From a virus (taxonomy: Duplodnaviria > Caudoviricetes): a stretch of DNA of 64,000 nt. The stretch lies in the IMG/VR virus record IMGVR_UViG_3300001528_000378, positions 1 through 64,000 of that record; one strand, 5' to 3'. Both the position numbers and the translations under genes were made by a program. The notes beneath the pieces were generated by a model. That model made no database searches. It was not told where the DNA came from and saw nothing but the letters and a program-made list of their open reading frames with translations. Every line of letters begins with the position of its first letter. Positions within the stretch are counted from its first letter, which is position 1. Below are positions 10,761 through 20,907 of the stretch, one piece after another.

Positions 10761-12173
10761 ATGGCTTATACAAAAGATATACTATTAAATTTGTCCAGAA
10801 AGTTGTTATCAATAAAAAATAAAAATATTGATTTAACAACAGGTACGGTTTTGGAAGACTTAGGTGTTGAAGCACAAGCCCAGATTTTATCCTTAATTTC
10901 TGAGGATATAGATAGAGTAAAAAATCAGCAGTCATTAAATCCAGAATACTTTACAGATGCAGAAGCAGACGAATTAGTAAAGCCATTTAATATTACAAGA
11001 AATCAAGCCACAAAGGCTACAGGTAGTGTTACATTTGCTTCCTCTACACAGCCATCTGCTTCTTCCCCAATTTTAATTCCTTTGGGTACGAGAATTAGTG
11101 GTTCAGACGGTTCTTCTACATTTTATTATGTAACAACCACAGGGGGTTCTATTACAAGTTCCTCCCCATTTAATTCTCAAACTGGGTATTATGAAACAAC
11201 TGTTGGTATTGAAGCAGTATCACCTGGTACAGCCTCAAACTTAGGTATTGGCTATATAAACCAAATGAGTAGTTCAATATCAGGTGTTTCTGCCATTTAT
11301 AATAAAAATGCTATAGTAAATGGTTCCGATATTGAAACAACAGCAGATTTACTTAATAGATACATTTTACTATGGCGGGGTAGAAATAGAAACACAGAGT
11401 CTGGTATACTAGCTTGGACATACACAAATCCACAAGTTAAAGAAGCTATTGTAGTTGGTCCAAATAGTGACTATTCTTTGAGAGGTCCAGGTGCTGTGGA
11501 TATATATGTTAGAGGTTCTGCTGCCACACAGTTTACTCAAACTGTTACAAAGATGACAAAAGAAGTTTATCTAACTCAATGTCCAGTTATCGACCCTACA
11601 AATAACATTGTGGTTACGGTTAATGGTGTGTCTTATTATGAGTCTGATAACTACTTCACTTTTGTAAAAGACACAGAAACAATTTTTCAAAATTCAGTAT
11701 CAGCAAAAGATAAGTTAGTTTGGACTGAGGCTGGATATGAGATAATTAAAAATCAAGATTCTTATACTATTTCATACACATATGATTCCACAGTTACTGC
11801 CTTGCAGGCTATGTATGATAATGATGAAGAAAGACTTATTACAGGGGATTTGCTTGCTAGGAGTACAACACAGGTAAATATTGTTATGGAGTTTGGTATT
11901 AGTGTTTATTCAGGGTATGATAAAAACTCTACAATATCCTTGGTGAAAACAAATATTCAAAATTTTGTAAACACTTTGCCTTTAAATACACCTGTAAGAG
12001 AGTCTGATATTGTAGCCATTATTGAAGGAACTACGGGTGTTAGTTATACTAATTTACCATTTTTACAATTCCATGTATATGGAGAAGAAGATCCAAATAA
12101 ATTAGTGGCAGATATTGAAGCATCCCCACTTGAATATTTTAGAGTGGATGCTGACGACATTATTGTAGGTTAG
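10761..12173 (+). CDS. Baseplate J/gp47-like wedge protein
   Basis: ATKATGSVTF, IPLGT, EAVSPG..SN, GSDIET..DL..RY, GPGAVDIYV motifs. Confidence 0.85.
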   Translation: MAYTKDILLNLSRKLLSIKNKNIDLTTGTVLEDLGVEAQAQILSLISEDIDRVKNQQSLNPEYFTDAEADELVKPFNITRNQATKATGSVTFASSTQPSASSPILIPLGTRISGSDGSSTFYYVTTTGGSITSSSPFNSQTGYYETTVGIEAVSPGTASNLGIGYINQMSSSISGVSAIYNKNAIVNGSDIETTADLLNRYILLWRGRNRNTESGILAWTYTNPQVKEAIVVGPNSDYSLRGPGAVDIYVRGSAATQFTQTVTKMTKEVYLTQCPVIDPTNNIVVTVNGVSYYESDNYFTFVKDTETIFQNSVSAKDKLVWTEAGYEIIKNQDSYTISYTYDSTVTALQAMYDNDEERLITGDLLARSTTQVNIVMEFGISVYSGYDKNSTISLVKTNIQNFVNTLPLNTPVRESDIVAIIEGTTGVSYTNLPFLQFHVYGEEDPNKLVADIEASPLEYFRVDADDIIVG

Positions 12174-12174
12174 T

Positions 12175-13011
12175 ATGGAAGACGCAAAATATATTAGTTT
12201 TTGTAATCATAGAATAACTGATGAAGCCATTACTATCACTCGGGTAGAGGGGGAAAAGGTATTGTACAAAGCCATCCTTCCATATCCGGCACTAACAGTA
12301 AAGGGACTTACTTTTATTAGAACCTATAATGACGAGCAGAATTATATTAATAGTGATGCTAGTTATAAGGACACAATTAGTTGTTCATACAAAACTTTAA
12401 CAGGTAATTTAGACGAGATACCACAGGCGGGTATTATAAGGGCTATTGGTATTACGAATTATGAGTTTATAACTGATACAGAGATTATATTCGGTTTAGA
12501 TGAGCAGGATGATACAATTAAAAAAATCTCTGACGTTGAGGGCGTACTTCCAAAGCCAATCTATCTCATTGATTATTCTTTAAAAGAAAATACTTGCCCT
12601 ATGTGCCAGGGAACTGGTATTGTACAGGATATTAACTATGATGGTACGGGTTCACTAATGAAGGCTACTGGGGTACAGAAATTAATACAAAGAGTTTTGA
12701 AAACACTACTCACTAAATTAGGGGAATCTGCAGAGGACTACTCTTATGGGTCTAGTTTAGATGATTTAATTGGTACAGAGATAACACAGACTTCTTTATT
12801 GTCAATACAAAAGGCAATTAATGATGCTATGCAATATGTAGTTACTCTTCAAGAAAATGAAGATTTAGATGAAGAGGAGGCCATAGCTGGTGTTAGTAGT
12901 GTTAGTATTGACGAGAATAAAAAAGACCCTGCCAAGTTGGATATAACAGTTGTAGTTAGAAATGTTGCAGGGTATGATATTCCTTGCACAGTTACAATAA
13001 AGGTGGATTAA
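12175..13011 (+). CDS. gp25-like baseplate protein with N-terminal extension
   Basis: KLIQRVLKTLLTKLG...YGSSL..LIG pattern; CPMCQG motif. Confidence 0.65.
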   Translation: MEDAKYISFCNHRITDEAITITRVEGEKVLYKAILPYPALTVKGLTFIRTYNDEQNYINSDASYKDTISCSYKTLTGNLDEIPQAGIIRAIGITNYEFITDTEIIFGLDEQDDTIKKISDVEGVLPKPIYLIDYSLKENTCPMCQGTGIVQDINYDGTGSLMKATGVQKLIQRVLKTLLTKLGESAEDYSYGSSLDDLIGTEITQTSLLSIQKAINDAMQYVVTLQENEDLDEEEAIAGVSSVSIDENKKDPAKLDITVVVRNVAGYDIPCTVTIKVD

Positions 13012-13439
13012 TGCCAAGTTTTAGTACAAAATCAAGAGATATTTTAAGCTGGGCACACCCAGATTTAAGAAAGGTTATGGAAGAGGCCATCAAAGTAGTT
13101 GACTTTACAGTGCTTGAATCTGTTAGAACAGAGGAACAGCATAATAATAATGTTAAAGATGGTAAATCTAAAACTACTTGGGAAAAATCAAAGCATAGAC
13201 CCAGGATTGACGAAGAAGGAAGAATGACCTCATTAGCAGTAGATATTGCGCCATACCCCATTGATTTTAATAATAAACAAAGATTTAATCTAGTAGCAGG
13301 TGTAATTCTGGGTATAGCCCATGTTTTAAGAGAGAGAGGAACAATAACACACCATATTAGATGGGGTGGAGACTTTAACCAAAATTGGGACCCAACAGAT
13401 GATAAGTTTTATGATGGTCCTCACTTTGAATTAGTGTAG
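13011..13439 (+). CDS. Endolysin, M15-family L-Ala-D-Glu peptidase
   Basis: HPDL, R-T-x-E-Q, SKH, AVD, WGGDF, DGPHFEL zinc-peptidase motifs; no cell-wall-binding domain; ATG at 13011 overlaps upstream TAA. Confidence 0.85.
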   Translation: MPSFSTKSRDILSWAHPDLRKVMEEAIKVVDFTVLESVRTEEQHNNNVKDGKSKTTWEKSKHRPRIDEEGRMTSLAVDIAPYPIDFNNKQRFNLVAGVILGIAHVLRERGTITHHIRWGGDFNQNWDPTDDKFYDGPHFELV

Positions 13440-13446
13440 GTATATT

Positions 13447-13782
13447 ATGGAAAGTATTGGATTTTCATTTTTATTACTATTATTAAACTCCGTTGGTATT
13501 ATTGGTTTTATGCAATGGGTGAAGGTCTTTGTATGCTCCTTGAAAGATAGCGATAAAAGCAACCTTTGGAAAAGCATTTTAACCTTTGTGTTAAGCATTA
13601 TCTCTGGTTTTATCTCGTGGAGAGTTGGATTTAAGACCTATGAGTGGTGGATTAGTATTCCTCTCGCTTTTGGTACTCTTGCTATAACACAGCTTGGGTA
13701 TGAGTGTATTATTAAAAATTTACAAGCAGCCATTGAAGGTGTAATGGGAAAAATTGCTTCAATAGCAACGGAAAATAAATAA
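13447..13782 (+). CDS. Putative holin
   Basis: 111 aa, about three hydrophobic segments, adjacent to endolysin. Confidence 0.6.
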   Translation: MESIGFSFLLLLLNSVGIIGFMQWVKVFVCSLKDSDKSNLWKSILTFVLSIISGFISWRVGFKTYEWWISIPLAFGTLAITQLGYECIIKNLQAAIEGVMGKIASIATENK

Positions 13783-14339
13783 TGGTAAATAGTTTCTTTA
13801 AAATAGTAACATTTATTCTTTTAGTGCTTTTACTTGTTTTATTATTTCAAAATTATTTATTAAAAGAAGAGAATAATAAAGCATTTAAAAATAGTACCAT
13901 TTTGCCAAAAGATATCAAACAAGAGATAGTTGTAAAAAAGGATAAAGTCTATATTAAAGAAAAAGTAAAAAATAAATCCACTGGAACAGAAGAAGTAAAG
14001 GCAGATATTAAATATATTCCTCCAGAGGGAGAATTAAAGATATCTGTGAAAGAAACTGGGGATGTAGAGTACAAACTTAGTAATAAAGGTTTTACTTTTA
14101 CACCAGGTATTATTGTTATACCATCTGAGCATACAGATGTTGGTGTAGCAATAAGATTAGCCTATTGGAATAGGTTGGGTGCTGGTGTGGGTACTGCTAT
14201 ATCCATTGAAGACTCCCCAAAAGCAAGTATTTTGGGTGTGCTTGATTACAGGTTTTATGGAAACTTTGCTATTGGTGTAGCCTATAAAGAGTCCTTCACA
14301 GATAGAAAATTAGGTGCTTCTTTTTCATATTATTTTTAA
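13782..14339 (+). CDS. Putative spanin-like envelope protein
   Basis: N-terminal TM helix, charged linker, amphipathic beta strands ending FSYYF; follows holin. Confidence 0.45.
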   Translation: MVNSFFKIVTFILLVLLLVLLFQNYLLKEENNKAFKNSTILPKDIKQEIVVKKDKVYIKEKVKNKSTGTEEVKADIKYIPPEGELKISVKETGDVEYKLSNKGFTFTPGIIVIPSEHTDVGVAIRLAYWNRLGAGVGTAISIEDSPKASILGVLDYRFYGNFAIGVAYKESFTDRKLGASFSYYF

Positions 14340-14350
14340 GGATATTTAAA

Positions 14351-14863
14351 ATGGGAAATTTAAGAGATACAACTGCTAAATATGATTTGTTTGCTACGAG
14401 AGTCATGTCTTATGTTAATGAGGCAAATAATAATGCTCGCGAAATTGAGTGGGTGGTAGACGAACTAGAGCAAAATAAAATAAGTAGATGGAACTCCATT
14501 ATAGACTTAGGGCAGGATGATATTGAAGAGGTTGTATCCCCTGATTTAGTTAATGAAACTCGATATGAAATCCTCACCCCATCTACTGGTGGTAATGTAG
14601 ATTTGCATCTAGATACTGGGACATTGTTTGAGGGGGGAAATCCATCCACTGCTACTTCAAATATGTATACAAAAGACTCGTATGTCAGTATTGAAGATAG
14701 AGAAGCCTACAACTATAATGATTTAATGATTTTTAAAAATGGTGTTTTACAGGATAAAAAGAATGGGGAAGATGTAGTATTTGTTGAAAAGGACGTTATC
14801 CGTTTTGTACTACCTTTGGATACCAAAGATATTATTCTAGTTAGGAAACAGGTAGGTTTATAA
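14351..14863 (+). CDS. Hypothetical virion protein
   Basis: Acidic; IFKNGVLQ beta motif; within structural operon. Confidence 0.45.
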   Translation: MGNLRDTTAKYDLFATRVMSYVNEANNNAREIEWVVDELEQNKISRWNSIIDLGQDDIEEVVSPDLVNETRYEILTPSTGGNVDLHLDTGTLFEGGNPSTATSNMYTKDSYVSIEDREAYNYNDLMIFKNGVLQDKKNGEDVVFVEKDVIRFVLPLDTKDIILVRKQVGL

Positions 14864-14864
14864 T

Positions 14865-15344
14865 ATGTCAATAAACTTACTAGATTTACGCCATTTAAGA
14901 GTAGGAACTAAGGAAGAGATTAAGGCAATTACAAATATTCGTGATGGCCAGTTTTCTTTATGTAATGAGAATAAAACTTTGTACACATTTGTTTTAGATG
15001 GTAATAATTACATAGTAGACAATGAAAAAGTATTATCATCAGATGTAGGTACAAAATCAAGATGGGTGTATGCAAATATTAATGTCCCCTTTGGTTATTC
15101 TTATGCTTTTGATTTGAAAGATTGGGAAGAAAGCGAAGATGAGTATAAGCTAACAATACAAGATAAGAATAGGGTAGTTCAAACTGATAAGACCATTATA
15201 CAAGTTTATGATGTACTAAATACTTTGGTAGGAGTTTCAGATATTAGTAAAAATGATGAGGGCTTATATGTTTTAACTACTTGTAAAGACCCAGATTGTA
15301 GATTTCAGGGTATGGCCATCATATTACCAACTAATAAAATTTAG
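14865..15344 (+). CDS. Hypothetical virion protein
   Basis: Coupled ORF within structural operon. Confidence 0.4.
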   Translation: MSINLLDLRHLRVGTKEEIKAITNIRDGQFSLCNENKTLYTFVLDGNNYIVDNEKVLSSDVGTKSRWVYANINVPFGYSYAFDLKDWEESEDEYKLTIQDKNRVVQTDKTIIQVYDVLNTLVGVSDISKNDEGLYVLTTCKDPDCRFQGMAIILPTNKI

Positions 15345-15346
15345 TT

Positions 15347-16543
15347 ATGGATATTTTAGAAATTATTAGAATTGTATGGAAGGATATGGTGGCAACCCCT
15401 TGGGGTGCATGCCTTGGATTAATTATTTTATTTGTAGTTATGTTTAAGGAAGACATTAGATCTTTCATACATGCTTATGCTGATTCAAAAACATCAGGTG
15501 TTAGGAACAGTGTAACTTACACAAAAAATGATGTTATAAATCACCCAATTTTTAGAGATTTAGATTATTGGCTTACTAACGGAATTGATTTAGTTAAAAT
15601 AGAAAAATCATATGCAAAAGAACTAATAATGAAAGATTTGCTTCGTATTAAATTCACTGTTATTAAGGAAATATTAACAAAGCTAGTTAATGATAATAGC
15701 ATAGAGCACTGCTCCATTCAAGAATTAAAAGATGATATAAGAAATACTCTTAGGGATATAGACGCTCAAAAAGTTATTGGGTGGAGGAATAATGGTATAC
15801 CTGAGGTATTTATTAGAAAATATATTGTGTTACACCAGCTAGGGCAAGAGTTATCCTTTAATACAATGAGGGTTTTTTTATCTGAGGAAGTGTGTGCTGA
15901 CAATTATACTAGGATGTATCTTGTTTTATCCATTTTTGAGGCACAATTATCTAATATATATGCAAATGCTGTATCCACAGCCCTATCACTAAATGGCGAT
16001 TTAAATGGTATAATATATAAAGGAGTTATCATCGGTTCAAAAGGAACTATGTATGCTATGGATACCCCAGTGCATAAAGAGCTTATTGAGGATAAATTAA
16101 GTGATATACTTGTTAGAAACCATGCTTCTAGAGCGGCTATTTTTATGTTTCATGATTATCCTGGTCTAGACCCATTTGATGGTAAGTATTCTATGGTATA
16201 TGAATGTTGCGCCCCAGGTATATCAGAAGAAAAGAAAAATACACAGTATATGTCTTGCTCTTTATTATCAGATTATGAGGATCCCTTTAATAAAGGTGAT
16301 ATAATTATTAAAAGAACAAATGAGTTGTCCTATGGTATTAGTAAAGTCTTGTCAGATAGGGGATCGGAGGTAGTGGCCACATATTCTTTAAAGGATGGTT
16401 CTAGATTAAAAGGTTTTATCTGTTTAGAGTGGAATTATTATGATAAGTTTAAGACTAATGTGAAAACAGATATGCTTAAAAAAGATTTTATTAGTTGTGC
16501 AGAAGACACTAAAAAACTTATTCTAGGGAATAAAATAGTATGA
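15347..16543 (+). CDS. Membrane-anchored protein with C-terminal GAF-like domain
   Basis: N-terminal TM helix; ASRAAIFMFH...YSMVYE...GFICLEW GAF-like pattern. Confidence 0.5.
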   Translation: MDILEIIRIVWKDMVATPWGACLGLIILFVVMFKEDIRSFIHAYADSKTSGVRNSVTYTKNDVINHPIFRDLDYWLTNGIDLVKIEKSYAKELIMKDLLRIKFTVIKEILTKLVNDNSIEHCSIQELKDDIRNTLRDIDAQKVIGWRNNGIPEVFIRKYIVLHQLGQELSFNTMRVFLSEEVCADNYTRMYLVLSIFEAQLSNIYANAVSTALSLNGDLNGIIYKGVIIGSKGTMYAMDTPVHKELIEDKLSDILVRNHASRAAIFMFHDYPGLDPFDGKYSMVYECCAPGISEEKKNTQYMSCSLLSDYEDPFNKGDIIIKRTNELSYGISKVLSDRGSEVVATYSLKDGSRLKGFICLEWNYYDKFKTNVKTDMLKKDFISCAEDTKKLILGNKIV

Positions 16544-16977
16544 AAATACAAGGTAATCAAACTGTAAAAGGTATAGTATCTGTTGGTAGGAGAGTTATAG
16601 AGGGATTCAAGTCAGTCTTAATAGATGGGAATTATGATCTCGTAAAGACATCTGAAAAGTTTTTTAGGTTTACTTCACAGAAAGAGGGTACAGTTACACT
16701 ACCAGATGCAACAAATATGTCTGGCGGTTTTGAGTTTGTGTTCTATACCACGTCTGAAAATATTAGTCTGTTAAACTATGCAGGCGACCTAGTTCAAGAG
16801 TTTAATCCAGGTTCCGTTTATTATTGCTATCTTATGGCAGGTGGAACTGCTGGTGGGGAGTGGGTAATTTCTGTTGATACATCATATGATATCTCTTTTG
16901 GAGAACAGGATTATCCAGAGAAAGGAACAAGACTCTATTTTAAAACTATTAAAGAATACACAGGTAACTTGCAATAG
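16540..16977 (+). CDS. Hypothetical tail-associated protein
   Basis: TVTLPDAT motif typical of fibre beta modules. Confidence 0.4.
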   Translation: MKIQGNQTVKGIVSVGRRVIEGFKSVLIDGNYDLVKTSEKFFRFTSQKEGTVTLPDATNMSGGFEFVFYTTSENISLLNYAGDLVQEFNPGSVYYCYLMAGGTAGGEWVISVDTSYDISFGEQDYPEKGTRLYFKTIKEYTGNLQ

Positions 16978-16987
16978 GAGATTTTAA

Positions 16988-18808
16988 ATGGCAAAGCGTG
17001 CTACTTATATTACACATCCACAAAGAATTTATGATGACCCATTACGCCCACAAAACTCCGATTATGTGGTTGTTATCCCACAAACAACTTCTGACGCTGT
17101 TACAGTAGAGGGTACAGACGAAACGCTAACAAACAGGTTAGCAGAACTAGGGCAAGGGAATTTAGTTGTTAGGAACTCTATTATTTCAGGGGAAGATATT
17201 GTAAAGACTTCCGATAGTGGTGTATCCGTAGGAAATTTAATTGCCACAGTTGCACAAGGGTTTTCAGATAAGGGAAATGGTGTAGATGTTATTCTCAATC
17301 AGAGTGAGTATGTCGACCTACCAAAACCAGGTATTAGTGATAATTATTTAATATTAAAGGATGATAATACCTTTGAATATACACAGTATTTCTATGGTGG
17401 TAGAGACTTTCCTGCTAATCCAGTAGAGGGTCAGATTTATTTCCATGACCAATTACAGCAGTCATATAAATATACAAGTGCAAAGTGGACACCATATCCA
17501 TGTGTGCCTATTGCACACTTTGATGCAGGTCAGTTAGATAAAATTTATCCCTATAATATTTGGTGGTGGGATGAGGTTGTTTGGGAAGAAACAGAACCTG
17601 ATATTCCAGCAGGTATGGAAGTATCCATCTACCATGATGAACCAAACAATAAAGACTACTTAAAAGTAAATAGAGGAAGCGTAGTTGATAATGGGGTATT
17701 CTTTACACTAGACACAGCAATATATAAAAAAGTAGACGCTTCTTGGGAGAGGGGTAACACCAATGGTTCGGGGGATGGTAGCTATTCAAACTTAGTATCA
17801 AGTATTATTCCAGATAGTATTACAACAAGTGATACCCAGGGATTTACTTTCTCCTCTAGTCAGGGGAATAGTTCCCTTTTGGGTTCTTTTAACACATCAT
17901 TGGGCTCTGGCTGGGTGGCTAATAGTTGTCCTGCTTCTTTTACAGTAGCATTTCCAACGAGTACTTCTAAGTCCATTAATAAGTATAGTATTGCTGTTCA
18001 AACAGGTGGATTAGATTTTGCTCCAAAAAATTGGAATCTTCTTGGTTCTAATGACGGAACTTCTTGGGAATTAATACACTCTGTTAGAGGTGCTGGTTTT
18101 AGTGCAAACCAGTTAGAATTATCCTTTCAACCTACAAATGTAAGACTATACACCTATATAAAGTTAGTTGTACTAGATTCTGTAAGTAGTAATTCAGTAA
18201 CTAAATTTGGTGCAATTAAGTTTTATTCCGCTATACCTGAGTTAGGTGTATTTGTAATTACAGATGGTGAAAATACAGATATTTTAACCTCTATATATGA
18301 TGGTCCATCTTTACCAAATGGTTTTATAAATTATCATAGAATAGGTACAATTTGTGTAGATAGTACAGGTAGTTTATTTGGTAATTATCCCAAAGTTACC
18401 TTTTCAAAGGATATTGCAGCCAATTATAGGACAATAAGAGAGTCATTGAATAATAAGGCGGACAGTTCTTTTGATAATATATCAAATAAAGCCATATCTT
18501 ATGTAGGTTCTCTTGTTTCTTTGGACTATGCAAATCCAGTGCTAAAATCTACTGGTGTTGTTTATAGAGCAGAAGTAGCAGGAGCAGTCAAGTTTATAAA
18601 CTATCAAGGCGGGGAGGCCGCTATTTATGCTAGTCCAAATAGAGATCTGGTAGCCAACAAGAACCAGTCTTGTTTGCAAGATATAAACAGTTCCGGCAAT
18701 AAGTATTGTTTAACTGTTTCACTAGATAAGAATGACTACTATGCAGTATATTCTAGTGCGACTGATATAAAGTGCAACTTTATTCCAGCCAAAAGTAATG
18801 GGATTTAA
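16988..18808 (+). CDS. Tail fibre with discoidin (F5/8C)-like domain
   Basis: APKNWNLLGSNDGTSW...YTYIKL; PANPVEGQIYF. Confidence 0.65.
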   Translation: MAKRATYITHPQRIYDDPLRPQNSDYVVVIPQTTSDAVTVEGTDETLTNRLAELGQGNLVVRNSIISGEDIVKTSDSGVSVGNLIATVAQGFSDKGNGVDVILNQSEYVDLPKPGISDNYLILKDDNTFEYTQYFYGGRDFPANPVEGQIYFHDQLQQSYKYTSAKWTPYPCVPIAHFDAGQLDKIYPYNIWWWDEVVWEETEPDIPAGMEVSIYHDEPNNKDYLKVNRGSVVDNGVFFTLDTAIYKKVDASWERGNTNGSGDGSYSNLVSSIIPDSITTSDTQGFTFSSSQGNSSLLGSFNTSLGSGWVANSCPASFTVAFPTSTSKSINKYSIAVQTGGLDFAPKNWNLLGSNDGTSWELIHSVRGAGFSANQLELSFQPTNVRLYTYIKLVVLDSVSSNSVTKFGAIKFYSAIPELGVFVITDGENTDILTSIYDGPSLPNGFINYHRIGTICVDSTGSLFGNYPKVTFSKDIAANYRTIRESLNNKADSSFDNISNKAISYVGSLVSLDYANPVLKSTGVVYRAEVAGAVKFINYQGGEAAIYASPNRDLVANKNQSCLQDINSSGNKYCLTVSLDKNDYYAVYSSATDIKCNFIPAKSNGI

Positions 18809-18819
18809 TAGGTATAAAT

Positions 18820-19149
18820 ATGATAATAGTACACTATAATAAAAATACAGGGGAAATTATATCTGCATATGGGTCAGACATAGATAACCCACCTTATCCA
18901 AATATTGTAATTACAGACAAGTATTGGAACTCCCTAGTTGGTAAAAAAATAAGAGTAGAACTAAATACTAAAAAAATTGCAATTTTAGAGAATAAACTTA
19001 CAGATGAGGAAGTAGACTCTTTAAGACGTGCTGCCTATGAGGAAGAAGCAGATCCTTTATTTTTTAAATATCAGCGTAAAGAAATAAAAAAGGAAGTATG
19101 GCTAAATAAAGTACAAGAAATAAAAGAAAGATACCCAAAATCCAATTAG
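18820..19149 (+). CDS. Tail fibre assembly chaperone-like protein
   Basis: RRAAYEEEADPLF...WLNKVQEIKERYPK; follows fibre gene. Confidence 0.6.
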   Translation: MIIVHYNKNTGEIISAYGSDIDNPPYPNIVITDKYWNSLVGKKIRVELNTKKIAILENKLTDEEVDSLRRAAYEEEADPLFFKYQRKEIKKEVWLNKVQEIKERYPKSN

Positions 19150-19174
19150 TTTACATTTCTATATTATATAGAGG
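19147..19174 (+). promoter_or_regulatory. Conserved 28-bp motif, copy 3
   Basis: TAGTTTACATTTCTATATTATATAGAGG; leading TAG is the upstream stop codon. Confidence 0.7.
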
Positions 19175-19182
19175 AATATGTA

Positions 19183-20907
19183 ATGGCTAACAGGTATCAC
19201 ATTTTTGATTGGTATTTAGAAGATGCTACAAACTACAAAAAAGTTACATACAACGGAGTAGTTTGTGGCTCTTTATTTATAAACAAAGATACACAAAATA
19301 ATGAAAATACTTACTTTTATAATGAAAAAGATGTTTACTCAAATGAAGTAGGAAATACTTTTTCTGCTATTTTAGCACTTGATTCTAATAGTCAGGCTAG
19401 TATGACTATGGAAGATGGTAAGTATAAATTCCAGATTAACCTAACTACGGATAGTATTACAGTAGGGGGTACTAAATTAGCCTATGATTTTTCTAATTTT
19501 GTAGATGTATTGGCTACTATAATTAATGACGAAGCTAGGGTTTATTTAGATAGCAAGTTAGTGTGGTCTGGTAAACCTGAAAAAGAATCATTAACTTTTA
19601 GAAACACAATCAGTTTTGGGGATACACTGCCAGAATCTTCAACATTATATATTAAATACTTGCGTTGTACGTCTGGTGCTAGATATCCAATAGATTTAGA
19701 TAATTTAAAATTTGAAGTACAAGTAGATACATCAGATACTTTTGATAGTGTTAACCTTAGAACCTACATTAATGATGGCACAGTTGTTTCTTGTAAGGAA
19801 GATACAAGCATAAAGTCTGTGGCTTCTGGTAATAAGTTGGCTCGCTCATTTAGGATTCCCTTACCACCTAGACAACCAAATATGCCCTATTTTTACTTCT
19901 ATAGGGTAAGAGTTTTAGGGGATAATGATAAGGCTTCAAATTGGGCATACTATATGTTTGATAAGCCAGAAAATCCATATATGTATGCTACAAAAGAGAT
20001 TTTAGAAAGCTTAAATGGTGCTATCGACCACATTATTGTGCTATGTTTAGAAAATGATAGCTCTTATATGTTCTTAAAAGGTAGTACACTAGAACCAGAT
20101 GGAGAAAATGTATTATCCTGCTCTATATCTGAGGGTGTATGGAAAAAGGTAAATAATTCCTATTTTATTTTAGACCCTGATATTTCAGATGCTGTTTTTG
20201 AGCATATGTATAATGCTCGTATGCCAGGTGAAAATGTTTATACTAGATATAATAAATCTGGTAACATTGCCAATGTGCTAAGTACCGAAGCAAAACTTAT
20301 TGACAAGGTAGAGTATGAGCTGGTACAGACTATTAGAAATGGGAATATTCAGTCTGCACAAGAGTCTGTTTTAGACAGCAATTTTGGTAAAAAATACAAT
20401 TTAACAAAAGACTATTTTGATAATAATTTAGAATATAGAAACTCTTTATTAGAAATACAAAATTGTTACTGCTACCCAGGCGAGTTTAACAAGTTAAAAA
20501 GAGTTATAAGAGCCATTACAGGTGTAAATCCAGATATTGAAGAATATAAAAATATGACTGGGTGGATTATTTGGAATGAAGTAGATGCAATTACGGCCCC
20601 AGAGAGTGAAAAGTTTGTATTAAAAGATGACGAAACTATTTATCCACAAAGAAATGAGGCTGTACTATATTCAGAGGAAGAACTAGCCTTTGGATTTGAT
20701 ATTCATATTTATAATCCATTTGACCTTAAACTTCCAGAGGATTTAATAAAAAGTGTTGTCTATTCCTTTAAGCCGGCTGTTTCAATGGCAAATATAATTA
20801 TGCATGATAAATATGGTAGAGAATATCAATATCCTGCACACTACTATTTTTCTAACTATGGTAATGGATTATACTATCCAAATGACTATGAGGGCATAAA
20901 TGTCTGA
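19183..20907 (+). CDS. Baseplate wedge/fibre-attachment protein
   Basis: C-terminal gpI-like pattern (NFG..Y...YRN...KRVIRAITG...FKPA); lectin/FN3-like N-terminus. Confidence 0.5.
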   Translation: MANRYHIFDWYLEDATNYKKVTYNGVVCGSLFINKDTQNNENTYFYNEKDVYSNEVGNTFSAILALDSNSQASMTMEDGKYKFQINLTTDSITVGGTKLAYDFSNFVDVLATIINDEARVYLDSKLVWSGKPEKESLTFRNTISFGDTLPESSTLYIKYLRCTSGARYPIDLDNLKFEVQVDTSDTFDSVNLRTYINDGTVVSCKEDTSIKSVASGNKLARSFRIPLPPRQPNMPYFYFYRVRVLGDNDKASNWAYYMFDKPENPYMYATKEILESLNGAIDHIIVLCLENDSSYMFLKGSTLEPDGENVLSCSISEGVWKKVNNSYFILDPDISDAVFEHMYNARMPGENVYTRYNKSGNIANVLSTEAKLIDKVEYELVQTIRNGNIQSAQESVLDSNFGKKYNLTKDYFDNNLEYRNSLLEIQNCYCYPGEFNKLKRVIRAITGVNPDIEEYKNMTGWIIWNEVDAITAPESEKFVLKDDETIYPQRNEAVLYSEEELAFGFDIHIYNPFDLKLPEDLIKSVVYSFKPAVSMANIIMHDKYGREYQYPAHYYFSNYGNGLYYPNDYEGINV

